64,000 nucleotides of DNA from Clostridia bacterium (lineage in GTDB: Bacteria; Bacillota; Clostridia; Oscillospirales; CAG-382). A program made the translations under genes and the position numbers. Positions 43,784-53,045 of the stretch are shown here, one piece after another (within the stretch, counting starts at the first letter, position 1; every line of letters starts with the position of its first letter). The notes under the pieces were generated by a model, which had not been told where the DNA came from, did not search any database, and saw only the letters and a program-made list of their open reading frames with translations. Location: the NCBI GenBank assembly GCA_017397955.1, contig JAFQHL010000045.1:26072-90071 (forward strand), given 5' to 3'.

Positions 43784-43941
43784 AAAAAGCGGAGCTAAAC
43801 AAAAAGACCGAGACTGTAATAAGCGAAGCCAAAGAAGCTTTGCAAACAGTGTATGATGCTTTGAATTCGGGTCAGCAGAAGAAGGTTTTAAAAGACGAAG
43901 CCGTAAAGGTCTTGTTCGACCGTTACGGCGTTGAATACTAA
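43780..43941 (+). CDS. small (53 aa) hypothetical protein, not in the ORF track
   Basis: ATGA overlap with the upstream stop. Sequence MKKAELNKKTETVISEAKEALQTVYDALNSGQQKKVLKDEAVKVLFDRYGVEY. Confidence 0.4.
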   Translation: MKKAELNKKTETVISEAKEALQTVYDALNSGQQKKVLKDEAVKVLFDRYGVEY

Positions 43942-43956
43942 AAGGGAGTGCATAGT

Positions 43957-44448
43957 ATGAAAACAAATCTTACAAAATTTACACTTTCGGTGGCATTTGC
44001 CTCCATAGGCAGTATGTGCAAGGAGCTTGCGGTTCCGTTTGTTGTGCTGTGCGTATTGATGCTTGCCGATTACATTACCGGCATGGTTAAAAGTTGGCAG
44101 TTGGGCACTTTGTGTTCTCGCACCGGTATAAAAGGCTTTATAAAAAAACTTTGCTACGGGCTCGCGGTTGTAGCGGCAATAGGCATTGACTATGTAATAG
44201 TAATAGCATCCTCAAAACTTGGCTACGATATCGGCATACAGCCTTTCTTTGGCTGGCTTTGCACTGCTTGGCTTATTATTAACGAATGCATCAGCATACT
44301 CGAAAATTTAAGTGCTATGGGTGTACCTATGCCGGCCTTTCTTGTAAAGGCGGCAAAGAAACTTAAGAATAACGTAGAAAGCGCAGCTGATAACGCAAAA
44401 GAAAGCGACGAAAACAAGGAGAGGGAAAATGAAAACAAAAGACTATAA
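43957..44448 (+). CDS. phage holin (holin family 4 / TcdE-like)
   Basis: ATG 43957 follows an AAAGGGAG RBS. Contains WLIINECISILENLSAMGVPMP. Paralogue of 5727-6176. Confidence 0.8.
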   Translation: MKTNLTKFTLSVAFASIGSMCKELAVPFVVLCVLMLADYITGMVKSWQLGTLCSRTGIKGFIKKLCYGLAVVAAIGIDYVIVIASSKLGYDIGIQPFFGWLCTAWLIINECISILENLSAMGVPMPAFLVKAAKKLKNNVESAADNAKESDENKERENENKRL

Positions 44449-45187
44449 AATATACATATCGCCTGCAAACCATTACAAGCAGTACGCTATACCCGGTTAT
44501 AACGAAAAGCAGCAAATGGACCTGCTTGCACCTAAGCTTGTAGAAGCTTTAAAAAAATACGAGGGCGTTACACCCATACCCGCCACTGTGTTTGCGCTCA
44601 GCCGTGATTACCAGGGCAGGCCGGAAGAAGCCCAAAAAATGGGATGTGATATCTACACAGCACTTCATAGCAACGGCGGCGGCGGCAAAGGTGCTTGCCT
44701 TTACTATCACCCAAAATACGAGCTTTCCAAAAAGCTTGCTCTCAGTATTGTTGCCGAGCTTAACGCAATATGCCCCATCAAGAGTAATAGAGCCGTACAG
44801 CCCGCTATTTATCCTTGGAGTTATAATGAATGGAATTTTGGCGAAGTGAGGGAGCCGGCGAACAAAGGTATTGTACCGGTGCTTATAGAACACGAATTTC
44901 ACGACACCGTTGAAGGCGCACAGTGGATAATAGACAACCTGGACGCAATTGCCGAAGCGGACGCCCGTGCCATCGCCGCTGCTTTAGGCCTTAAGCTTAA
45001 AGAAGTGCCCGGCGATGTAAACGGGGATGGTGAAGCAAACAGCCTCGACGCGGCGCAGATTCTCAAGCAAGACGCAGGGCTTGCATCTTTCACAGAAGAG
45101 CAACTTGCCGCCGCCGATGTAAACGGCGACGGCATGGTAAACAGCCTCGACGCCGCACAGATACTCAAGCACGACGCTGGGCTTTAA
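44429..45187 (+). CDS. N-acetylmuramoyl-L-alanine amidase endolysin with C-terminal dockerin repeats
   Basis: 252 aa, collinear with 6169-6927. Dockerin segments DVNGDGEANSLDAAQILKQDAG and DVNGDGMVNSLDAAQILKHDAG. Confidence 0.8.
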   Translation: MKTKDYKIYISPANHYKQYAIPGYNEKQQMDLLAPKLVEALKKYEGVTPIPATVFALSRDYQGRPEEAQKMGCDIYTALHSNGGGGKGACLYYHPKYELSKKLALSIVAELNAICPIKSNRAVQPAIYPWSYNEWNFGEVREPANKGIVPVLIEHEFHDTVEGAQWIIDNLDAIAEADARAIAAALGLKLKEVPGDVNGDGEANSLDAAQILKQDAGLASFTEEQLAAADVNGDGMVNSLDAAQILKHDAGL

Positions 45188-45207
45188 AAGTTAGAGAAGT
45201 TATACAT

Positions 45208-45247
45208 AATGAGGAGTTATACAAACAATGTTGTGTAATTCCTCATT
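45208..45247 (+). terminator. imperfect 17-bp hairpin after the endolysin gene
   Basis: AATGAGGAGTTATACAA / TTGTGTAATTCCTCATT with two mismatches, followed by a T-rich tract. Confidence 0.5.
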
Positions 45248-45329
45248 ATTTTATCGGTTTCTCCTAAAACGAATATACTGGTCGAAACCATGGGCGGTTA
45301 GCCCCCGATAAATGCGACCGAAAAAGAAT

Positions 45330-45364
45330 CCCCCATCATAGGTTGTTATAACCTATGATGGGGG
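45330..45364 (+). terminator. perfect 15-bp hairpin plus T-tract
   Basis: CCCCCATCATAGGTT-GTTAT-AACCTATGATGGGGG followed by TATTTTG. Confidence 0.55.
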
Positions 45365-45412
45365 TATTTTGTGTTAATAAACAGTGGATAGGTCAATTAC
45401 ACATTTGGAATG

Positions 45413-45436
45413 TAAAGGGTATGCTAAAGGGTAAAA
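45413..45436 (+). repeat. TAAAGGGTA direct repeats with 12-nt spacing (candidate integrase arm-type site)
   Basis: TAAAGGGTAtgcTAAAGGGTAAAA has the same motif, spacing and orientation as 7105-7128. Confidence 0.5.
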
Positions 45437-45452
45437 GTTAATTTGGATATAA

Positions 45453-45489
45453 AAAAGACCGCTTAAATCAAGTGTTTAAGCGGTCTTTT
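45453..45489. terminator. bidirectional hairpin abutting the tRNA 3' end (phage-supplied tRNA terminator)
   Basis: AAAAGACCGCTTAAA / TTTAAGCGGTCTTTT 15-bp stem with A/T runs on both sides. Confidence 0.65.
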
Positions 45490-45490
45490 C

Positions 45491-45513
45491 TGGAGCTGGT
45501 AGTGGGATTTGAA
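45491..45513. repeat. att core copy 2 (attR), identical to 6979-7001
   Basis: An exact 23-nt match that forms the T-arm and acceptor 3' end of the tRNA. Confidence 0.85.
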
Positions 45514-45565
45514 CCCACGGCCTATTGATTACGAATCAATTGCGCTACCCCTGCGCCATACCAGC
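45491..45565 (-). tRNA. tRNA-Thr (anticodon CGU)
   Basis: The reverse complement folds as a cloverleaf: acceptor GCTGGTA/TACCAGC, D stem GCGC/GCGC, anticodon stem ATTGA/TCAAT with loop TTCGTAA, T stem GTGGG/CCCAC with loop TTCAAAT. CCA is encoded. Confidence 0.9.
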
Positions 45566-45686
45566 ATCTAAAAACCAAGGCAGTATGCCAATTTTTAAAA
45601 GTTGACGTTTTGATTGTGGGCAAGTTAAGCTGTTGATTACGCCCGTTAATCAGTGAAAAAATCAAGTGTGCCAACGTCCAAAGCGA

Positions 45687-45716
45687 ATTATAACACAGCT
45701 ACTCTGTTTTTGTCAA
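45687..45716 (-). promoter_or_regulatory. near-consensus promoter on the minus strand upstream of the tRNA
   Basis: On the minus strand: TTGACA (45716-45711), an 18-nt spacer, TG, then TATAAT (45692-45687). This implies a leader of about 115 nt before the tRNA. Confidence 0.45.
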
Positions 45717-45793
45717 GCCTTTATTTTTATCTTTGCACACAGTAAAAGCCGCCGCGGCATATTATGTAACATAATTCGTTATTGGAGGGAGTT

Positions 45794-46651
45794 ATGTCTA
45801 CTAATAAAATTGCAGTTATCGGTGGTGACCGCAGACAAGGAGTTATAGCCGCCGCCTATGCCAAAGAAGGGTGGGAGTGTGCCGTTTACGCTTTAGAGGG
45901 TGTGGAAACAGGCGGCGCCACCAAAAGCACAGAGCTTGCGGGTGCTTTAAGTGATGCCGCCGTCGTAGTGCTTCCCTTGCCCGTAAGCCGCGACGGAAAA
46001 TATGTAAACGCCCCTGCCGCAGAGGACGCCCCAAAGCTTGCGGAAATAGAAGCCCTATGTCCGCCCGAAGCTTTGATTTTGGGCGGTATGATAAAAACCG
46101 ACAATTTCCCAACCCACAAAGTGCGTGACTATTATGCAGGCGAGGAGCTAAAGCTTTATAATACTTTACCCACTGCGGAGGGGGCGTTGGCAATCGCTAT
46201 GAACGAGCTTCCCACTACGATTCACGGCACAAAGACTCTTGTAATGGGCTTTGGCAGAGTGGGCAAAGCACTTGGCTTTCTGCTTCGCGGTTTCGGTGCA
46301 GATATATGGATAGCTACTCGTAGCGGAACAGAACGCGCCGTGTGCGAGATTATGGGCTTTAAAACCGTGGAATACCAACAGCTTTCGGGGCTTCTTCCCG
46401 AAATTGAGCTGATATTCAATACAGTGCCCAAAATTATTCTGGACAGCGCATTGCTTGAAAAAATAGGTGACGATGTGCCTGTAATAGACTTGGCAACCCA
46501 CCCCGGCGGCGTAGATGCGGTTGCCGCCAAAAAGCTTGGCAAAAAGCTTATTTGGGCACTGTCTTTGCCGGGGAAAGTAGCCCCCGTTACCGCAGGCGAA
46601 TACATTAAAAAGGCTATAGACAGTATTATGAAGGAGGAGGGGATATTATGA
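45794..46651 (+). CDS. spoVFA: dipicolinate synthase subunit A
   Basis: ATG 45794 follows a GGAGGGAG RBS. Rossmann-type N-terminus (KIAVIGGDRRQ) and a second nucleotide-binding fold (LVMGFGRVGKA). Paired with spoVFB. Confidence 0.8.
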   Translation: MSTNKIAVIGGDRRQGVIAAAYAKEGWECAVYALEGVETGGATKSTELAGALSDAAVVVLPLPVSRDGKYVNAPAAEDAPKLAEIEALCPPEALILGGMIKTDNFPTHKVRDYYAGEELKLYNTLPTAEGALAIAMNELPTTIHGTKTLVMGFGRVGKALGFLLRGFGADIWIATRSGTERAVCEIMGFKTVEYQQLSGLLPEIELIFNTVPKIILDSALLEKIGDDVPVIDLATHPGGVDAVAAKKLGKKLIWALSLPGKVAPVTAGEYIKKAIDSIMKEEGIL

Positions 46652-47211
46652 TAGCTTTTGCATTTTGCGGCTCTTTTTGCACCCACAAAAACGCGGTGGA
46701 GCAATTGCAGGAGCTGGTGTTTTCCGGTTATGAAGTCCTGCCCGTGTTTTCGGAGAAGGTACAGCAAACCGACACCCGTTTCGGCAAAGCGCGGGATTTG
46801 ATACAGGAGGTAGAGGGCATTTGCGGCAGGGCAGGGGTGAAAACCGTTGCCGATGCGGAAAAGCAGATAACAAGCGGCGGCATAGAATGTGTTATAGTGG
46901 CTCCCTGTACGGGCAACACCTTGGCAAAAACGGCGCTTGGTATAACCGACGGCGTTGTAACAATGACGGTAAAAGCTCATCTGCGCAATAAAAAGCCCGT
47001 GCTTATAGCCTTTGCCTCCAACGATGCACTAAGCGGCAACCTAAAAAATATAGCGGCAATGCTGGAAAAAAAGAATGTGTATTTTGTGCCCCTCAGGCAG
47101 GACGACCCCGTTAAAAAGCCAAGCTCCTTGGTCTGTGATTGGGAAAAGCTCCCCGCCGCATTGGAGGCGGCGGTGCAGGGCAAACAGCTACACCCGCTGA
47201 TAGTTGTGTAA
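46648..47211 (+). CDS. spoVFB: dipicolinate synthase subunit B (flavoprotein)
   Basis: 187 aa, ATGA-coupled. Contains MIAFAFCGSFCTH...IVAPCTGNTLAKTALGITD. Confidence 0.8.
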   Translation: MIAFAFCGSFCTHKNAVEQLQELVFSGYEVLPVFSEKVQQTDTRFGKARDLIQEVEGICGRAGVKTVADAEKQITSGGIECVIVAPCTGNTLAKTALGITDGVVTMTVKAHLRNKKPVLIAFASNDALSGNLKNIAAMLEKKNVYFVPLRQDDPVKKPSSLVCDWEKLPAALEAAVQGKQLHPLIVV

Positions 47212-47230
47212 TTTCGCATTTATAATAAGT

Positions 47231-47259
47231 TTAAGGGAAGCCGATTTGGCTTCCCTTAA
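47231..47259. terminator. bidirectional hairpin between convergent spoVFB and the XRE gene
   Basis: TTAAGGGAAGCC-GATTT-GGCTTCCCTTAA. Confidence 0.65.
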
Positions 47260-47273
47260 CTGTATGTCTGATA

Positions 47274-47519
47274 CTATATGTCGTCTCCTTCGCCGCACAA
47301 CCAATCCATGGATACTCCCAAAGCGTTTGCCAACACTTTAAGCTCTGCATCGCAAACATGGCGCTGATTCTTTTCAATGCGGGATATGATAAGCGGAGTC
47401 ATATCCATGCCCATAAACTGTATCTTTCTTGCAAGGTCGTCCTGGGTCATAGGCGGCTTTTGTAAGGCACGCCCCAGTCTTACGCGATCTGCACAAATAT
47501 TGCCTTTAATTAAAAACAT
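47274..47519 (-). CDS. XRE-family HTH transcriptional regulator
   Basis: Start at M26 (AAGGTGG RBS). Contains RLGRALQKPPMTQDDLARKIQFMGMDMTPLIISRIEKNQR. Confidence 0.7.
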   Translation of the reverse strand: MFLIKGNICADRVRLGRALQKPPMTQDDLARKIQFMGMDMTPLIISRIEKNQRHVCDAELKVLANALGVSMDWLCGEGDDI

Positions 47520-47707
47520 ACTTTTTGCCACCTTGCACTCCCCCGATTTATACAGTTCTATAGAATTTGTATCTCTGGTATTGATTTTATCCAAAGTTTA
47601 GATATAATACTGAACAGATTAGATACAAAATATCTTGTTTAGATGTTGAGGTGCGTTTTTTTGGTTTGTACTTTTATTGGGCACAGGGATGCATCAAAAG
47701 ATATGAA

Positions 47708-47732
47708 AAGGGAAGCCGATATGGCTTCCCTT
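47708..47732 (-). terminator. gdhA terminator, near-identical to the hairpin at 47231-47259
   Basis: AAGGGAAGCC-GATAT-GGCTTCCCTT. Confidence 0.6.
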
Positions 47733-47789
47733 CATTTAAATCATCAATAATGTGATTTTTGCGTTCTGCTGAAATTTTACCTTTCAGAA

Positions 47790-49148
<1,359 letters not shown>

Positions 49149-49176
49149 TTAAAAATATATGGAAAACTATTGATAT

Positions 49177-50340
49177 TTATTTGGAACCGTTATAGGTACT
49201 CCAATCAATATAAGGCTCAGGGTTAACCTCTACACCGTCTTGCATTACGCCAAAGTGCAGATGAGGACCCGTAACTCTGCCCGTGGTACCAATAAGCGCA
49301 ACGGGCTGACCTTTTAAAACAATATCGCCGACAGAAACCAAGGATTTACTGCAATGGGCGTAAAGGGTAGAAAGACCGTCACCGTGGTCTATAACCACCT
49401 TAAGTCCGTAGCCGCTGTGCCAGTCGGAGAACACAACCACGCCGTCTGCCGCCGCGTTTATCTCGTGCCCGTAGCAGTTGCCTACATGGGCGATAATATC
49501 AATACCGTTGTGAAAATTGCCGCCAAACAGTGAACGCGGTCCGTACCAGGAAGAAACTCTGCCATCGTAGGGGATGGTAAACTTTTCATCGACAGCCATC
49601 AGCGAAGCACTGTTTTCGCTGCCTTCCCAAACCACTGCATCAACAGGCTCAGCCACAATAACGGCGTTTTGCAAAACTTTTTCCGTAAGCATGCCGTTAA
49701 CGTACGTAAGACCGTAAGCTTCGCGCAGAATGCCCTCCTTACCCTCTATAACCGTAACGGATTCACCAACGGCAAGCGCATCAGTCTTAGTGGTGTTGGT
49801 TTTATACTCAATCCCTTGGTCCAGATACTCGGATGCGGTTGTAAGCAATTCAAGCTTGGTAGAAATTGCGTTACCGTAAATATCCGCAAGCTTAAAATTG
49901 TAAACACTGCCGACTTCACCAAGCAGTTCCTTAAGCCCATCGGTGTTGGTAAAAGCTGTTTTGTCATAATCACCCTTAACAAAACGGACGTCGTTTTTAA
50001 GGCTGTGCAACCCGTCGGGCGCACCGTAAACATCGACAAGTGCTGCGGTAATGTCGTCTATTGCCTTTTTTGCGCCCTCAATATTATCAAGTGCCGCCAC
50101 AAAAGCATCGTCCACATAAACGCCGTAACCCGCCTTTTGCTGTTCTTTAGCTGAAGAATCCGCAACCGCAGATTGCTCCTCAGAAAGTTCTGCTTTTTCA
50201 CCACCGCCGCAAGCGGTAACAAAACAAAGCACAGCAAGCAAAGCAAGCACCACAGCCGTTAAGCGCTGTCGATACGCTTTAATAAATGCTTCCAAAATAC
50301 AAAAACTCTCCAATTTAATTACAAAAATAATACAACACAA
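49177..50340 (-). CDS. M23-family peptidoglycan DD-endopeptidase with lipoprotein-type signal and G5-like domain
   Basis: Signal LLAVLCFVTACGG. M23 core HNGIDI...GYGLKVVIDHGDGLSTLYAHCS...GTTGRVTGPHLHFGV. The true start may be TTG at 50295 (GGAGAG RBS). Confidence 0.8.
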   Translation of the reverse strand: MCCIIFVIKLESFCILEAFIKAYRQRLTAVVLALLAVLCFVTACGGGEKAELSEEQSAVADSSAKEQQKAGYGVYVDDAFVAALDNIEGAKKAIDDITAALVDVYGAPDGLHSLKNDVRFVKGDYDKTAFTNTDGLKELLGEVGSVYNFKLADIYGNAISTKLELLTTASEYLDQGIEYKTNTTKTDALAVGESVTVIEGKEGILREAYGLTYVNGMLTEKVLQNAVIVAEPVDAVVWEGSENSASLMAVDEKFTIPYDGRVSSWYGPRSLFGGNFHNGIDIIAHVGNCYGHEINAAADGVVVFSDWHSGYGLKVVIDHGDGLSTLYAHCSKSLVSVGDIVLKGQPVALIGTTGRVTGPHLHFGVMQDGVEVNPEPYIDWSTYNGSK

Positions 50341-50438
50341 AAATGAACAATGTGTTACAAACAGTGTAATTTTTTATGTATATCAGCTTTTGTTTCGTGG
50401 TTTCCCGGCTAATAATGCAGGAAAATTTAAAAAAACTG

Positions 50439-50467
50439 TTGCAAGACGGAGATAAAAGTATTATAAT
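50439..50467 (+). promoter_or_regulatory. ilvE promoter (TTGCAA-17 nt-TATAAT)
   Basis: TTGCAA at 50439-50444 and TATAAT at 50462-50467. Confidence 0.55.
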
Positions 50468-50507
50468 TAACCCGATATTGGATTAAATGTTTAAGGAGAA
50501 TGTGTTT

Positions 50508-51569
50508 ATGAACATTACAATTACACGTACCACTACACCAAAAGCTAAGCCCGATTGGAACAAGCTTGGCTTCGGTAAGCATTTTACAGACCATATGTTT
50601 CTTATGGACTACAATAAGGAACAGGGTTGGCATGACCCTCGTATAGTTCCTTTTGCAAATATTTCTCTCTCTCCCGCTTGCGCGGTTTTCCATTACGCGC
50701 AGGAAATGTTTGAGGGTATGAAGGCTTATAAGTCTCCCGACGGCAGAAACCTTCTTTTCCGCCCTATGAAGAACATAGAGCGTATGAATAATACTAACGA
50801 AAGACTTTGTATTCCTCAGGTTGATCCCGAATTTACCCTTAAGGCTATTAAAGAGCTCATTAAGGTTGACGAGGATTGGATTCCCGTTGATGACGGCAAA
50901 TCCCTTTACATCCGCCCCTTTATCATAGCGACCGACCCCTTCCTCGGTGTACATCCCTCCGCAAGCTATTTGTTCTGCATAATACTTTCCCCCGTTGGTG
51001 CATACTATGCAGAAGGTATGAACCCTGTTAAAATATATGTAGAAGATGAATATGTACGCGCTGTTAAGGGCGGTACAGGTTTTGCAAAGACAGGCGGTAA
51101 CTATGCGGCTTCCCTCCGCGCACAGGAAAAGGCTGAAAAGCTTGGCTATACTCAGGTTTTGTGGCTTGATGGTATTCATCATGAATATATTGACGAAGTT
51201 GGCGCAATGAACGTGTTCTTCCTTATCGACGGTGAGCTTATCACGCCTCAGCTGGAAGGTAACATCCTCCCCGGCGTTACCAGAGATTCTGTTATAAATC
51301 TTGCACGCTCCATGGGCGTTAAGGTCAGCGAAAGAAGGCTTTCCATTAAGGAAGTTGTTGCGGCAGCAGAAGCAGGCAAACTTGAAGAAGCGTTTGGCAG
51401 CGGTACCGCAGCAGTTATCTCTCCTATGGGTGAGCTTAATGTTGAAGGCAAGAAGATAGTTATCAACGAAGGCAAAATCGGCGCGCTCTCTCAGAAGCTT
51501 TACGATACCCTTACAGGAATCCAGTGGGGTAAGATTAAAGACGAATTCGGATGGAGCGTAGAAATCTAA
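50508..51569 (+). CDS. ilvE: branched-chain amino acid aminotransferase
   Basis: ATG 50508 follows an AAGGAG RBS. Contains LGFGKHFTDHMF...YAQEMFEGMKAY...GGTGFAKTGGNYAASL. Confidence 0.9.
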   Translation: MNITITRTTTPKAKPDWNKLGFGKHFTDHMFLMDYNKEQGWHDPRIVPFANISLSPACAVFHYAQEMFEGMKAYKSPDGRNLLFRPMKNIERMNNTNERLCIPQVDPEFTLKAIKELIKVDEDWIPVDDGKSLYIRPFIIATDPFLGVHPSASYLFCIILSPVGAYYAEGMNPVKIYVEDEYVRAVKGGTGFAKTGGNYAASLRAQEKAEKLGYTQVLWLDGIHHEYIDEVGAMNVFFLIDGELITPQLEGNILPGVTRDSVINLARSMGVKVSERRLSIKEVVAAAEAGKLEEAFGSGTAAVISPMGELNVEGKKIVINEGKIGALSQKLYDTLTGIQWGKIKDEFGWSVEI

Positions 51570-51586
51570 ACAGTTATAATGTTTAC

Positions 51587-51608
51587 AGGGGCGATAATTT
51601 TCGCCCCT
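51587..51608. repeat. 22-nt hairpin AGGGGCGATAATTTTCGCCCCT, copy 1
   Basis: Identical to 51831-51852. Located directly after the ilvE stop, with no T-run. Confidence 0.7.
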
Positions 51609-51830
51609 CAAGCTGATGACAAACCTTGTCATCAGCTTGGCAGACTGCTGAGAAAGAGTGCAGACGAAACGAACCGAGGCGAGAACTGTACTGAGTACTG
51701 TGAGCCGAGGTTCGTTTTGAACGAAAAATATGAAAACATACAAAAATTTCGGGGAAATTTTCCCCGAAATTTTCACTTTATCGTAACCGTATTTTCTTTT
51801 TTCGTGTTCTGTGCCTTTGTCAGCGGTCTG

Positions 51831-51852
51831 AGGGGCGATAATTTTCGCCCCT
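51831..51852 (+). terminator. 22-nt hairpin copy 2, followed by a T-run
   Basis: AGGGGCGATAATTTTCGCCCCT followed by CTTTTT. Confidence 0.65.
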
Positions 51853-51898
51853 CTTTTTCATCGTTATATACATTTAGTGTAAAAAAGCAAAAAAACTA

Positions 51899-51927
51899 TT
51901 GACACAGCGGTATTTTTGTGTTACACT
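51899..51927 (+). promoter_or_regulatory. rplU operon promoter (TTGACA-17 nt-TACACT), followed by a leader of about 90 nt (possible L21 leader)
   Basis: TTGACA at 51899-51904 and TACACT at 51922-51927. The leader assignment rests only on position upstream of rplU. Confidence 0.5.
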
Positions 51928-52019
51928 TGCTAGTGCCGCGTGTAGTGGGCTTTTTAAGTGTGCCGTTTTTCAGCACCGCCCTCGGACAGCGAGACATAAA
52001 AGAAAGGTAGGTGCTTTTC

Positions 52020-52325
52020 GTGTTTGCAATTATTGAAACAGGCGGGAAGCAGTACAAAGTCAGCGAAGGCGACATCATCTATGTTGAAAAGCTTGACATT
52101 GAAGAAGGCGCAACCTATACCTTCGACAAGGTACTTGCATTTTCCGGCGCAAATGGTTTCGTAGCAGGTACTCCCACAGTAGCTTGCAAGGTTACCGCTA
52201 ACGTTGTTAAGAACGGCAAGGGTAAGAAACTTCACATTATGCGCTACAAGTCCAAGAAGAACGAAAAGAAGCGTATTGGTCACAGACAGCCTTATACAAA
52301 GCTTCAGATAGTTTCCATAGCATAA
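52020..52325 (+). CDS. rplU: 50S ribosomal protein L21
   Basis: GTG 52020 gives [14 protein letters not shown], the canonical L21 N-terminus. An AAAGGTAGG RBS lies upstream. Confidence 0.9.
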   Translation: MFAIIETGGKQYKVSEGDIIYVEKLDIEEGATYTFDKVLAFSGANGFVAGTPTVACKVTANVVKNGKGKKLHIMRYKSKKNEKKRIGHRQPYTKLQIVSIA

Positions 52326-52329
52326 GTTT

Positions 52330-52641
52330 ATGGTAACGGCGTCATTTTTCAGGCGCGGTGCGGAATACACCGGCTTTAAGGTACAGGGGCACGCAGGTTA
52401 TGCACCCGCGGGTCAGGATATAGTCTGTGCCGCTGTCAGCGCAATGACAATGCTGACGGTTAATTTAATCGAAAACGCTTTCGGTATAAAGTCGTCGGTA
52501 ACGGTTGACGAAAAAAAGGGCATAATACAGCTTTCCGTAAAGGAAGCAAGCCCCACCGCAAGCAATATTATCGGTGCTTTCAAGCAAGAGCTTGTGGCAT
52601 TGTCGGTAGACTATCCGCAAAATATTCTTGTAAAGGAGTAG
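52330..52641 (+). CDS. prp: ribosomal-processing cysteine protease Prp
   Basis: 103 aa located between rplU and rpmA. Contains [20 protein letters not shown]. Confidence 0.85.
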   Translation: MVTASFFRRGAEYTGFKVQGHAGYAPAGQDIVCAAVSAMTMLTVNLIENAFGIKSSVTVDEKKGIIQLSVKEASPTASNIIGAFKQELVALSVDYPQNILVKE

Positions 52642-52646
52642 TTGAA

Positions 52647-52937
52647 ATGCTTAGAATATCCATACAGTTTTTTGCACATAAAAAGGGCGTTGGTTCCACT
52701 AAGAACGGCAGAGATTCCGAGTCTAAGCGTCTTGGCGCTAAGAGAGCAGACGGTCAGTTCGTTCTCGCAGGCAACATTCTTGTTCGTCAGCGCGGCACCA
52801 AAATCCACCCCGGCACAAACGTAGGCATCGGCAAGGACGATACACTTTTCGCTTTGTCTGACGGCGTTGTTAAGTTTGAGCCTATGAAGAACGGCAGGAA
52901 AAAGGTTAGCATTTACGCTGAAGCTGCCGCAAAATAG
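52647..52937 (+). CDS. rpmA: 50S ribosomal protein L27 (with cleavable N-terminal extension)
   Basis: MLRISIQFF precedes [21 protein letters not shown]. Confidence 0.95.
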   Translation: MLRISIQFFAHKKGVGSTKNGRDSESKRLGAKRADGQFVLAGNILVRQRGTKIHPGTNVGIGKDDTLFALSDGVVKFEPMKNGRKKVSIYAEAAAK

Positions 52938-53045
52938 CAATTTAAACGGTAAAAGGAGTTTATCGGGCTTGTTAAACATACCCCGACTAAGCTCCTTTTG
53001 TTTTTTTGTCGGCATATATTACCCAAAGTTTGGAGGTTTTGCCCT

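Larger units (their letters stand above)
7002..45490. mobile_element. apparently complete prophage of about 38.5 kb with a contractile tail, integrated into tRNA-Thr(CGU)
   Basis: Bounded by exact 23-nt direct repeats. It carries integrase, repressor/cro switch, replication, packaging, head, contractile tail and lysis modules in canonical order. Confidence 0.85.

Noticed and set aside
41432-43941. Diversity-generating retroelement or invertible (shufflon / G-segment-like) tail-fibre switch
   Set aside because: The window contains no reverse transcriptase and no Gin/Cin-type invertase. I saw no inverted duplicate fibre C-termini and no template/variable repeat pair.
45566-45793. Possible additional tRNA or small gene between tRNA-Thr and spoVFA, including the 60-aa ORF at 45666-45848
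   Set aside because: I could not fold a cloverleaf in this region. The ORF overlaps the spoVFA RBS and start. The segment is better explained by the divergent tRNA and spoVFA promoters.
50427-51776. 449-aa ORF on the minus strand
   Set aside because: It is antisense to ilvE, which is well supported. The composition is Cys/Phe/Asn-rich and typical of a shadow frame.
51579-51902. 107-aa ORF between ilvE and rplU
   Set aside because: It runs through several perfect hairpins and two terminator copies, has no RBS and has implausible composition.
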